Source: Bacteroidota bacterium
GTDB lineage: Bacteria; Bacteroidota; Bacteroidia; 2-12-FULL-35-15
Length of the DNA: 36,145 nucleotides
Assembly (NCBI GenBank): GCA_023251855.1
Contig: JAHEYA010000001.1
Span: 1-36,145, forward strand
Reading direction: 5' to 3'
Positions 1 to 8,550 of this stretch are shown here, in pieces. Under the pieces are notes generated by a model. The model made no database searches, was not told the DNA's origin, and saw nothing but the letters and a program-made list of their open reading frames with translations. The first letter of the stretch is position 1; each line of letters opens with the position of its first letter. The position numbers were made by a program, and so were the translations under genes.

Positions 1-1144
1 TTTGACCAGCAAAATATAAGTTTTGAACCAATTTTGTTTCTAATGTTAATCCTAACTGCATAGGCGGAAAATAATCATATTCAATTGCATATCCCGGCCT
101 AAACATTTTTACATTTTCAAAGCCCGGAATTTTCTTTAATGCTTTGTATTGAACATCCTCTGGAAGCGAAGTGGAGAAGCCGTTTACATAGATTTCTACT
201 GTATTCCATCCTTCAGGTTCAACAAATATCTGATGACGGTTACGCTCGGCAAAGCGAGTAATTTTATCTTCTATACTGGGGCAATAACGTGGTCCTAAAC
301 CTTGAATACGACCAGAGAACATAGGTGATTTTTCAAAACCGGTTCTTAAAATATCATGCACCTCATCATTGGTATACGTTACGTAGCAAGGTATTTGGCC
401 TTCCGGACCATTTGCAAAAGCATCTTTACGCTCCACTTTAAAAGCAAATTGCTCTGTATTTAGATAGGAAAATTTATTCGGGTTTTCATCTCCATGTTGA
501 ACCTCCATTTTGAAATAATCCAATGAACGCCCATCAATCCGGGGAGGCGTACCTGTTTTCATTCTACCGGTTTCAAAATCTAATTGTACTAATTGTTCTG
601 TTATACCGGTTGATGATTTTTCACCTGCTCGTCCGCCTCCATATTGCTTTTCACCTAAATGAATGATCCCATTTAAAAATGTACCATTGGTAAGAATAAC
701 TGATTTTGCAGGAATCTCAATATCCATAGCTGTTACAACTCCATTCACCTTACCTTCTTTTACAATTAACCCTTTTACGGTATCTTGCCAAAAATCCAGA
801 TTAGGCGTTGCTTCCAGCATTAAACGCCATTCTTCAGCAAATTTCCATCTATCACTTTGTGCTCTAGGACTCCACATTGCCGGACCTTTTGAGCGATTTA
901 ACATTCTGAACTGAACCGCTGTTTTATCAGTTACAATACCTGAATAACCACCTAATGCATCTATTTCACGCACAATTTGTCCTTTTGCAATACCACCCAT
1001 TGCCGGATTACAGCTCATTTGTGCAATGGTTTGCATATTCATGGTGATCAATAATACGCTTGAACCCATGTTTGCAGCTGCGGCAGCGGCTTCACAGCCT
1101 GCATGGCCTGCACCAACAACTATAACATCATATTCTTTGAACAT
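1..1144 (-). CDS. mnmG: tRNA uridine 5-carboxymethylaminomethyl modification enzyme MnmG (GidA). About 381 N-terminal codons are present; the rest of the gene runs off the left edge of the window.
   Basis: Minus-strand translation from the ATG at 1142-1144 reads MFKEYDVIVVGAGHAGCEAAAAAANMGS (FAD GxGxxG fold) ... NPAMGGIAKGQIVREIDALGG ... RIQGLGPRYCPSIEDKI ... LYFAGQ. It stays open to position 1. It is absent from the ORF track only because no stop codon lies inside the window. Confidence 0.95.
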   Translation of the reverse strand, partial: MFKEYDVIVVGAGHAGCEAAAAAANMGSSVLLITMNMQTIAQMSCNPAMGGIAKGQIVREIDALGGYSGIVTDKTAVQFRMLNRSKGPAMWSPRAQSDRWKFAEEWRLMLEATPNLDFWQDTVKGLIVKEGKVNGVVTAMDIEIPAKSVILTNGTFLNGIIHLGEKQYGGGRAGEKSSTGITEQLVQLDFETGRMKTGTPPRIDGRSLDYFKMEVQHGDENPNKFSYLNTEQFAFKVERKDAFANGPEGQIPCYVTYTNDEVHDILRTGFEKSPMFSGRIQGLGPRYCPSIEDKITRFAERNRHQIFVEPEGWNTVEIYVNGFSTSLPEDVQYKALKKIPGFENVKMFRPGYAIEYDYFPPMQLGLTLETKLVQNLYFAGQ

Positions 1145-1174
1145 TTAATTTGTCTAAATAAAAAAATTATCTTG

Positions 1175-1182
1175 CAAAAGTA
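1175..1182 (-). promoter_or_regulatory. Candidate Bacteroidota -7 promoter box (TACTTTTG on the - strand) upstream of mnmG
   Basis: Plus strand reads CAAAAGTA, which is TAnnTTTG on the minus strand, 30 nt upstream of the mnmG ATG. Confidence 0.35.
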
Positions 1183-1284
1183 TTGATTTTTATGGGGTTT
1201 TAAAAGAAGTTAAAAGTTTTAAAGTTAAAAGTCAAAAGAAAACAATCATTTTAGATTCCGATTTACGTATTTTTCTAGATAAAA

Positions 1285-1935
1285 TTAATCTTTTATGCAG
1301 CGTACTGATAAACCATTTTTTTTACTGTTGATATCACGACTGGCATTGCTTTTATTATAACTTTGATCGCGGTACCATGCATTACCTTCATTATCATCCG
1401 AGGAGCTCCACCAATATCCAAAACTACCAGCATACAAGAAAAATCCATTTATATAACGGTATCCACCCGGAAGCCCACTAAAACCGCTCTTATTATTACC
1501 ATTACTAAAATTATTTATATGTGATTTCCAACCGTTCACAGCTTTCATTTTTTGCCCTGCAATATCCTCTCCACCTAAATATTCTGTTAATTTTATCCAT
1601 TCACTATCACTTGGTATATGATAACCTTTTGGTGCTAAACCACGCGGATCATTTACTGCATACCAGTTATATAGTTTTCCGTAAGTTGTTCCGTTTTTTG
1701 TTTTATTCTCGTAATAGCACCAGGCGGGCTTATGTCTGCGTCCTAATCTTTTCCATTTTCTATTTCTTTTAGCTAGTTTTATTTGATCGCCATTACTAAA
1801 TTTACTTACATTCAAGTTTTCAGTTGTCCAGTTTTGATTACCAATTTTAACAACAGGTATTTGCGCAGCTAAACCAAAAAAAACAAAGCTAAGTAGCATT
1901 GCCAGTAAGGCTTTATGTTTCAATTTTTTAGTCAT
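1285..1935 (-). CDS. Secreted FISUMP-domain protein (Fibrobacter succinogenes major paralogous domain, TIGR02145-like)
   Basis: N-terminal signal peptide (KALLAMLLSFVFFGLAAQ). Family hallmarks are present: NWTTENLNV, GKLYNWYAV, APKGYHIPSDSEWIKLTEYLGG, AGQKMKA, NKSGFSGLPGGYRY, GYWWSSS, and C-terminal GLSVRCIKD. Confidence 0.85.
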   Translation of the reverse strand: MTKKLKHKALLAMLLSFVFFGLAAQIPVVKIGNQNWTTENLNVSKFSNGDQIKLAKRNRKWKRLGRRHKPAWCYYENKTKNGTTYGKLYNWYAVNDPRGLAPKGYHIPSDSEWIKLTEYLGGEDIAGQKMKAVNGWKSHINNFSNGNNKSGFSGLPGGYRYINGFFLYAGSFGYWWSSSDDNEGNAWYRDQSYNKSNASRDINSKKNGLSVRCIKD

Positions 1936-1963
1936 TTAAAATAATTTATTTATTTTCAGGCAA

Positions 1964-1971
1964 CAAAGCTA
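1964..1971 (-). promoter_or_regulatory. Candidate -7 box (TAGCTTTG on the - strand) for the FISUMP gene
   Basis: Plus strand reads CAAAGCTA, which is TAnnTTTG on the minus strand, 28 nt upstream of the ATG at 1933-1935. Confidence 0.3.
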
Positions 1972-2572
1972 GTGATAAAACAAAAGAACATTTTTATTTT
2001 TTTATCTGGAAAAATCAGCTTCAATAATATATAATATATCTTTTTATTTAAATTATAAAAAAATTATTGTTGTTATTGGTGTGTTAGTTTAGTTTGAAAA
2101 ATTAAGCTAAAAAGATTGTAATTTTTGAATTCAACAAATTAGGCGAAGTAATAAAGAGGTTATTATTTATTAAAATACTGATAAATAGCATTATCACTAT
2201 TTATTAACACAGTGTTAGTAAACTTTAGAGCTAATAAAAATTTGATAAAAATTTATTTTTTTGTGTTAAAACTGTGTTAATTTCTTTCCTGAAATAATTA
2301 TAAAATTATCTTTGAAAAACTAAAAATTTATATATGCGATACTATAATTTAACAAAGCAAGGAAAATCGCCAACAAATTTTTAATATAAAATGAATTTAT
2401 AAACAATTTTAATGTTGATAACTGACAAGTTGAAAGCCCCAACAATAGAATAGTTTCACATTATTTCATAAACGCATGTTAATAAGCCTAAAAAACTGTT
2501 AATTAGAGTACAGTTAGTGTATAAATACGGTGTATTTTCAACCATCAAGTCGTTTTCTCTCATATATATCAT

Positions 2573-2580
2573 TAAATTTG
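2573..2580 (+). promoter_or_regulatory. Candidate -7 box (TAAATTTG) for rpiB
   Basis: Exact TAnnTTTG match 22 nt upstream of the rpiB ATG at 2603. Confidence 0.35.
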
Positions 2581-2602
2581 CTTTCTCAAAAATAAATTTC
2601 TA

Positions 2603-3025
2603 ATGAAAATAGCAATTGGTTCTGATCATGCAGGCTTTCAATTAAAAGAAAAGCTAAAAAAATATTTAATTGAAAAAGGTTTTGAACTAAAAGATTTCGG
2701 GACCTATTCCGAAGATCGTGCTGATTACCCTGATTTTGCTCACCCTGTTGCCTTAAGTGTTACAAATAAAGAAGTCGATTTTGGTTTATTGATGTGTGGT
2801 ACAGGTAATGGTATTAATATGACCGCTAATAAGCATAAAGGAATTCGTGCTGCACTATGTTGGAATTCAGAAGTAGCCGCATTGGCCCGCAGACATAATG
2901 ATGCCAATATTTTAACACTACCCGCACGTTGTATTAATGAACAAGAAGCAAAAGATTGTGTGGACGCATTCTTTAGTGCTACTTTCGAAGGAGGAAGACA
3001 TATTGAAAGAGTGAATAAAATTTAA
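2603..3025 (+). CDS. rpiB: Ribose-5-phosphate isomerase B (RpiB/LacAB family)
   Basis: 140 aa. MKIAIGSDHAGFQLK N-terminus, catalytic-Cys region LLMCGTGNGINMTANKHKGIRAALCW, and RHNDANILTLPAR. Size and motifs are typical of RpiB. Confidence 0.93.
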   Translation: MKIAIGSDHAGFQLKEKLKKYLIEKGFELKDFGTYSEDRADYPDFAHPVALSVTNKEVDFGLLMCGTGNGINMTANKHKGIRAALCWNSEVAALARRHNDANILTLPARCINEQEAKDCVDAFFSATFEGGRHIERVNKI

Positions 3026-3130
3026 ACAGCCGGGTTTTAATAAGCAAACACACACACTATTAATAAGCAAAATCAACATACCAAATTCGCACAACCTTTT
3101 ATTGCATTAGGTATACTCGCCAGTTTCTTT

Positions 3131-4648
3131 TTGTTTTTCCCCGCATTACTTTTTTCTCAAAAAGATACCATTGCAGAACGATATTCTAAAAATATAACAG
3201 CTTCCGGTATGAGCACCAATCTTCATGTTTTAGCTTCTGACGAATACGAAGGCAGAGAAACAGGTAAAAAGGGACAGAAAATGGCGGCAGACTATATTGC
3301 CAGCCAATTTAAAGCAGCAGGAATACCAGCCTATAAAAATAACAGCTATTACCAGGAATTTTTTTTAAGTGCCATTATACCCAAAAAAGCAGAGGTTTAT
3401 ATTTATAAAAAAAAATATAAAGATGGTAAAGATTATTATACTTATCCTGATCAGAGTGAGCAACGCATAGCTACCGATAGTATTCAGTTTTTGGGTTATG
3501 GCATTCAAGATCCGGAAGTGTACGATGATTATAAAAATGTAAACGTAAAAAACAGGGTGGTGATGATAATGACCGGTGAACCTTATTCAACCGATTCCAT
3601 ATCATTAATTACCGGAACCCGCACAAAATCATTATGGGCAACTTATACGAAACTAAAAATTGAAAAAGCCAGAGAGAGTGGGATTAGAGCATTGTTGATA
3701 GTGGTTGATGATGTTGCAAAGGATATTGCTGACAACAAACACCGTTTAGAATCATCTGCTTTAAAGCTTGAATTAAGCAATGAAGACATGTTTGTTATCT
3801 ACATTTCCAAAGAAATGGCAAATGATGTTTTAAAAAACTCAACATTAAAAGACCTCAAACAAAAAATTTCAAGTACTCAAAAACCGTTTGAAATAAAAGT
3901 AAAAACAAACTTTGTGATCAATGTTAAAAATGGGGTGGAGAAGGTTGGTTCAGAAAACGTTTTGGGGTATATTGAAGGGACTGATCTAAAAGAAGAACTG
4001 ATAGTGGTTACTGCACATTACGATCATTTGGGTAAAGATGGGAATGTAATTTTTAATGGGGCCGATGATGATGGCTCCGGAACAGTTGCTGTTATTGAAT
4101 TAGCAAAAGCCTTTGCTAAAGCAAAAAAAGAAGGCTTAGGTACTCGTAGAAGTTTATTATTTATGACTGTTGCAGGCGAAGAAAAAGGCTTATTAGGCTC
4201 AGCCTATTATGTTAAAAACCCCGTGTATCCTCTTAAAAATACTGTTTGCGATTTGAATATTGATATGATAGGGCGTGTGGATGCCAATCACGAAAACAAC
4301 CCCAATTATATTTATTTGATAGGATCCGATAAGTTAAGCTCTACATTGCATACTATCAACGAAAATGCAAATAAAACATACAGCCATCTGGAGCTGGATT
4401 ACACCTACAATGATGAGAAAGATAAAAACCGTTTTTATTATCGTTCTGATCATTATAATTTTGCAAAAAATGGAATCCCTGTAATATTCTATTTTAATGG
4501 CGTTCATGCGGATTATCATAAAGAAACAGATGAAGTAGAAAAAATAAATTTCGATAAAATGGAAAAAATAACACGACTAATTTTTTTCACCGCCTGGGAA
4601 CTTTCCAATAGAAATGAGCGGATTAAAGTAGACTCCAACAAGAAATAA
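3131..4648 (+). CDS. M28-family aminopeptidase with an inserted PA (protease-associated) domain. The N-terminal boundary is uncertain.
   Basis: Zn-ligand motifs of M28 are present: VTAHYDHLG, GADDDGSGTVAVIELA, AGEEKGLLGSAYY, NIDMIGR, and YYRSDHYNFAKNGIP. The track start is a TTG. The in-frame upstream codons encode the rest of a signal peptide but contain no canonical start codon (see finding). Confidence 0.85.
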   Translation: MFFPALLFSQKDTIAERYSKNITASGMSTNLHVLASDEYEGRETGKKGQKMAADYIASQFKAAGIPAYKNNSYYQEFFLSAIIPKKAEVYIYKKKYKDGKDYYTYPDQSEQRIATDSIQFLGYGIQDPEVYDDYKNVNVKNRVVMIMTGEPYSTDSISLITGTRTKSLWATYTKLKIEKARESGIRALLIVVDDVAKDIADNKHRLESSALKLELSNEDMFVIYISKEMANDVLKNSTLKDLKQKISSTQKPFEIKVKTNFVINVKNGVEKVGSENVLGYIEGTDLKEELIVVTAHYDHLGKDGNVIFNGADDDGSGTVAVIELAKAFAKAKKEGLGTRRSLLFMTVAGEEKGLLGSAYYVKNPVYPLKNTVCDLNIDMIGRVDANHENNPNYIYLIGSDKLSSTLHTINENANKTYSHLELDYTYNDEKDKNRFYYRSDHYNFAKNGIPVIFYFNGVHADYHKETDEVEKINFDKMEKITRLIFFTAWELSNRNERIKVDSNKK

Positions 4649-4757
4649 AAAGCAAACATTCAATTTATGCTTTTAATCAACTGATTTGCGGATTTTTTTT
4701 TGCAAATTTGTTTTGCACAATAAGCTTTTATGGAATCGAAAATAAAATTTTTATTGA

Positions 4758-7700
4758 ATGAAGCAGGCATTTAAAAATACAATTCAGCTCACCAAATACC
4801 TTGCAGGGGTTATAGCAACAAGCATTGTTATATCATCTTGTTCTGATAATAATAAAAAGCAGAAAAACAGTTATTCTGAAAGTGGTATGCAGGTCGCACC
4901 CGCATATACGCTTATTAAAACTCCTATTACCCCTAATCCGGATACATGTCCTCCGCCTTATACAATAGTTATTCCCGCTATTCTACCGAAAAAAATAGTT
5001 GTGGTGCCACCGCCACCACAACCGGAAACACTAACATTCAACAACGGGAAACATTTGAAAATTGTTCCGCCAGAAATCAAAAAAGCAGATTTTTTTGTAT
5101 CAATGAAAAACTATAATACGGAGCAAGGTTTGGCACAAAGTAGTATTCGTTGTGGCTATAAGGATAAAATGGGTAATCTGTGGTTTGGTACCAACGGTGG
5201 TGGAATTAGCAAATATGATGGAAAATCGTTTACAAACTATACCAGCACGCAAGGCTTTCCGGTTAATACCGTTTGGTGTATCACAGAAGACAAAAAAGGA
5301 AATATGTGGTTTGGAACTCTTGGCGCAGGGGCGTCCAAATATGATGGAAAATCTTTTACAACATATACTTCCACGCAAGGCCTTGCTAATAATTATGTTT
5401 TTGGAATCATTGAAGACAAATTGGGAAACATGTGGTTTGCGACAGATGGTGCAGGTGTGTGCAAATATGATGGAAAAAAATTTACAACTTATAATAAAGC
5501 CGATGGGCTTGCAAGCAACAACGTTTGGAGTATTACTCAAGACAAAACAGGAAACATATGGTTTGGCACATTGGGCGATGGTGTTAGCAAATACGATGGC
5601 AAATCATTTACCACTTTTAATAAAAACCAAGGATTGGCAAATAATATAGTGAGAGGAATGATGGAAGACAAAAAAGGAAATCTTTGGTTTGGCACCAATG
5701 GCGGTGGTGTAAGTAAATATGATGGTAAAACATTTACTAACTATACTGTTGATGAGGGTTTGGCAAGCAATTATATTTTTAATATCAAGGAAGATAAAAT
5801 GGGGGCACTTTGGTTTTCAACAGATGGGGGAGGTGTAAGTAAGTATGATGGTAAAACATTTGCAAACTTTACAACCAATCAGGGCTTAATTAGTAATGAT
5901 GCGATAAGCATAACCGAAGACATGGTTGGAAACCTTTGGTTTGGCACGCTTGGCGCAGGTTTAAGTGAATATGATGGAGAATCTTTAATGGCTTTTACCA
6001 CAGATCAGGGGCTTACAAACAATACTGTTTTTAGCATTTTTGAGGACAGATCGGGAAACATGTGGTTTGGAACACAAGGGGGAGGGGTTACAAAATACGA
6101 TGGGAAATCAGCGCCTGACGGGCATTCTAACTTTACAAATTATACGACCGCCCAAGGGCTTGCAAACAATTATGTTACAAGTATTGTCCAGGATAAAACA
6201 GGGAACATTTGGTTTGCAACAGGTGGAGGAGGGGTAAGTGAGTATGACGGAGAAACATTTACAAACCATACTGCCACCCAGGGTTTAGTGAGTAATTATA
6301 TTTCCTATGCTATTCAGGATAAAAAAGGAAATTTTTGGTTTTGTAGTGATGGGGGTGGTGTAAGCAAATACAATGCACAAGCAGAGCATACAGGCAAAGC
6401 CCGTTTTACAAACTTTAAAACTGCACAAGGGTTGGCAAATAATACGGTGCTTACTATCGCAGAAGATAAACAGGGAAACATATGGTTTGGTACTGATGGT
6501 GGCGGCATAAGCAAATATGACGGAAAGTTTTTTACAACTTTTAATAAATCGCAAGGGCTGTCAAACAATCACATTTTGAGTTCTATTGAAGACAGAAAAG
6601 GAAACCTTTGGTTTGGAACCGATGGAGGAGGTGTGTGTAAATATGATGGCAAATCATTTAGAAAATATAACTCCGAACTAGGACTTCCGGATGACGTGGT
6701 TTATGCAATAGCTGAAGATACCATAAATAAAATGCTATGGTTGGGAACCAATATAGGCTTGTCGGGTTTAAAAAGATCTGCATCGAGTAGTTATGGAGAA
6801 GAAGAAAATGAAAACATAAAATTTGAAAATTTTAATTTTAATACCGGCTATTCAATAAAAGATTTAAATACAAATGCATTGTTTGTTGATAGTAAAGGTA
6901 TCGTTTGGGGCGGTACTGGAGACAAGCTTATCCGGTTTGATTATAAAAAAGTAAACAAAAATCTCAACCCGCCAAATGTTTATATTCAAAGCATAAAAAT
7001 CAATAACGAAAAAGTTTGCTGGAATAATTTAATTGAAAATGAAAAAGAGAATCAGCCTAAATTATCGAGATTATTGCAAAATAAAAAGGATTCATCAATT
7101 GCCCCCCAAACAGCTGCTAATAAGGCAGAAGAGACCGAACTTTTCGGTCGCTTGTTAAATGAAGCACAACGGGATGTAATGCGAAAAAAATTCGGGGATA
7201 TAAAATTTTCAGGCATTACCAGCTTTTACTCGCTGCCCGAAAACCTTGTATTGCCTTATGGGCACAACAATATTACATTTGAATTTTTAGCAATTGAAAC
7301 GGCACATCCCAACCTTGTGCTTTACCAACACATGCTTGAGGGATACGACAATGACTGGAGTCCGCTTACAAATAGAACCACTGCCGATTTTGGTAATATA
7401 CATGAGGGCAAATATACGTTCAAATTAAAAGCCAAAAGTCCGGATGGTATTTGGTCCGAACCAATAACGTATACCTTTAAAGTATTACCGCCAACGCATC
7501 GTACCTGGTGGGCCTATGGAATTTACTTAATTGTTTTATCGGGTTTATTATTTATTCTCATCAGCTGGCGTACCACTTCTCTTCAAAAAGATAAAGAAAT
7601 TCTTGAACATACTGTGGTGGAAAGAACAGCAGAAGCGGTTTTACAAAAAGAAGAAGCAGAAAAACAAAAAAGTATTTCAGAACAAAAAAACCTGAAGATC

Positions 7701-8447
7701 ATTGATAGTATTAATTATGCAAAGCATATACAACAGGCGATTTTGCCTTCAGAGGAAGTGATGAATCATTTATTGCCCGACTCATTTATATTTTTTAAAC
7801 CCAAGGATATTGTGAGTGGAGATTTTTATTGGGCACATTTTATTGACGAACATCGTGTACTGATTGCCGTTGTTGATTGTACCGGTCATGGAGTACCCGG
7901 AGCTTTTATGAGCATCATGGGATACAATTTATTGGAACAGGCTGTAAAAACACAACCAACACATCAGCCATCAATGATATTAAATGATCTGAGTTCATCA
8001 GTAATAAAATCATTAAAACAAACCAAAGGGCTTGAGGCCCTTAAGGACGGTATGGATGTAGCATTGTGTAAAATTGACCATCAAAATAATGAGCTTGAAT
8101 TTGCCGGGGCACATAACTCCTTGTATCATATCAGAAATGGGGTGTTGACCGAAACAAAAGCCGACAGAAGTTCAATTGGCATATCGTCCAGCAACGTGTT
8201 ATTTAATAACCATAAAATAAAATTACAAAAAGCCGATTGTATTTACATATTTTCAGATGGTTTTGCAGATCAAAAAGGAGCAGCAACCCAAACAAAGTTT
8301 TTTTATCAGCCATTCAGGGAACTGTTAATACGTATTCACAGGCTGCCCATGAATAAACAAAAGGAAATATTAAACGAAACATTTGAAAGCTGGAAAGGCA
8401 GCCAGGAACAAATTGATGATGTTACGATCATTGGTATTCGTGTGTAG
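4758..8447 (+). CDS. Membrane-spanning sensor phosphatase. Domain order: lipoprotein-type signal, about 14 two-component-regulator propeller (Reg_prop) blades, Y_Y_Y domain, TM helix, coiled coil, SpoIIE/PP2C phosphatase.
   Basis: Lipobox VISSC. Repeated GNxWFGTxGGGVSKYDGKxFTxY..QGL..N.V..I.EDK units. Y_Y_Y signature YQHMLEGYDNDWSPL...GKYTFKLKAK. TM helix WWAYGIYLIVLSGLLFILISW. PP2C motifs DIVSGDFYW, VVDCTGHGVPGAFMS, DGMDVAL, SDGFADQ, and QIDDVTIIG. Confidence 0.88.
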   Translation: MKQAFKNTIQLTKYLAGVIATSIVISSCSDNNKKQKNSYSESGMQVAPAYTLIKTPITPNPDTCPPPYTIVIPAILPKKIVVVPPPPQPETLTFNNGKHLKIVPPEIKKADFFVSMKNYNTEQGLAQSSIRCGYKDKMGNLWFGTNGGGISKYDGKSFTNYTSTQGFPVNTVWCITEDKKGNMWFGTLGAGASKYDGKSFTTYTSTQGLANNYVFGIIEDKLGNMWFATDGAGVCKYDGKKFTTYNKADGLASNNVWSITQDKTGNIWFGTLGDGVSKYDGKSFTTFNKNQGLANNIVRGMMEDKKGNLWFGTNGGGVSKYDGKTFTNYTVDEGLASNYIFNIKEDKMGALWFSTDGGGVSKYDGKTFANFTTNQGLISNDAISITEDMVGNLWFGTLGAGLSEYDGESLMAFTTDQGLTNNTVFSIFEDRSGNMWFGTQGGGVTKYDGKSAPDGHSNFTNYTTAQGLANNYVTSIVQDKTGNIWFATGGGGVSEYDGETFTNHTATQGLVSNYISYAIQDKKGNFWFCSDGGGVSKYNAQAEHTGKARFTNFKTAQGLANNTVLTIAEDKQGNIWFGTDGGGISKYDGKFFTTFNKSQGLSNNHILSSIEDRKGNLWFGTDGGGVCKYDGKSFRKYNSELGLPDDVVYAIAEDTINKMLWLGTNIGLSGLKRSASSSYGEEENENIKFENFNFNTGYSIKDLNTNALFVDSKGIVWGGTGDKLIRFDYKKVNKNLNPPNVYIQSIKINNEKVCWNNLIENEKENQPKLSRLLQNKKDSSIAPQTAANKAEETELFGRLLNEAQRDVMRKKFGDIKFSGITSFYSLPENLVLPYGHNNITFEFLAIETAHPNLVLYQHMLEGYDNDWSPLTNRTTADFGNIHEGKYTFKLKAKSPDGIWSEPITYTFKVLPPTHRTWWAYGIYLIVLSGLLFILISWRTTSLQKDKEILEHTVVERTAEAVLQKEEAEKQKSISEQKNLKIIDSINYAKHIQQAILPSEEVMNHLLPDSFIFFKPKDIVSGDFYWAHFIDEHRVLIAVVDCTGHGVPGAFMSIMGYNLLEQAVKTQPTHQPSMILNDLSSSVIKSLKQTKGLEALKDGMDVALCKIDHQNNELEFAGAHNSLYHIRNGVLTETKADRSSIGISSSNVLFNNHKIKLQKADCIYIFSDGFADQKGAATQTKFFYQPFRELLIRIHRLPMNKQKEILNETFESWKGSQEQIDDVTIIGIRV
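5169..6735 (+). repeat. In-frame coding tandem repeat of about 12 canonical units of roughly 141 bp (beta-propeller blades) inside the 1229-aa sensor gene
   Basis: A periodic GN[LMI]WFGT..G.G.SKYDG peptide recurs about every 47 aa. Two further degenerate blades follow, up to about 6950. Confidence 0.85.
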
Positions 8448-8550
8448 TGAATACAAGAGAGGAAATGTTCATTAGAGGAAGGCAGCTGATATCCGTATGT
8501 TAGGGCTGAAAATAGAACTGGTTTAAAGTTTTTTAACAAAATCATTTCCT

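Noticed and set aside
663-914. 83-aa plus-strand ORF
   Set aside because: It is entirely antisense to the well-supported mnmG coding sequence.
4649-4757. TGCAAATTTGTTTTGCA imperfect palindrome and CAAATTTG as the promoter of the propeller phosphatase gene
   Set aside because: The box deviates from TAnnTTTG at the invariant TA and the palindrome arms are only 6 bp. This is not enough to call.
5100-6568. Track ORFs in alternative frames or antisense within the 1229-aa gene (5100..5540-, 5152..5649+, 6040..6237+, 6285..6554-, 6314..6568-)
   Set aside because: They lie entirely within the periodic propeller-blade repeat of a strongly supported long ORF. The repeat periodicity keeps the other frames open, and their peptides are low-complexity with no motifs.
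5169-6735. Possible CRISPR-like or non-coding tandem repeat array (also the ~120-bp periodicity at about 8900-9500 and 11300-11800)
   Set aside because: The repeats are in-frame protein repeats (Reg_prop blades, TPR units). They are contiguous, with no unique spacers, and no cas genes are present.
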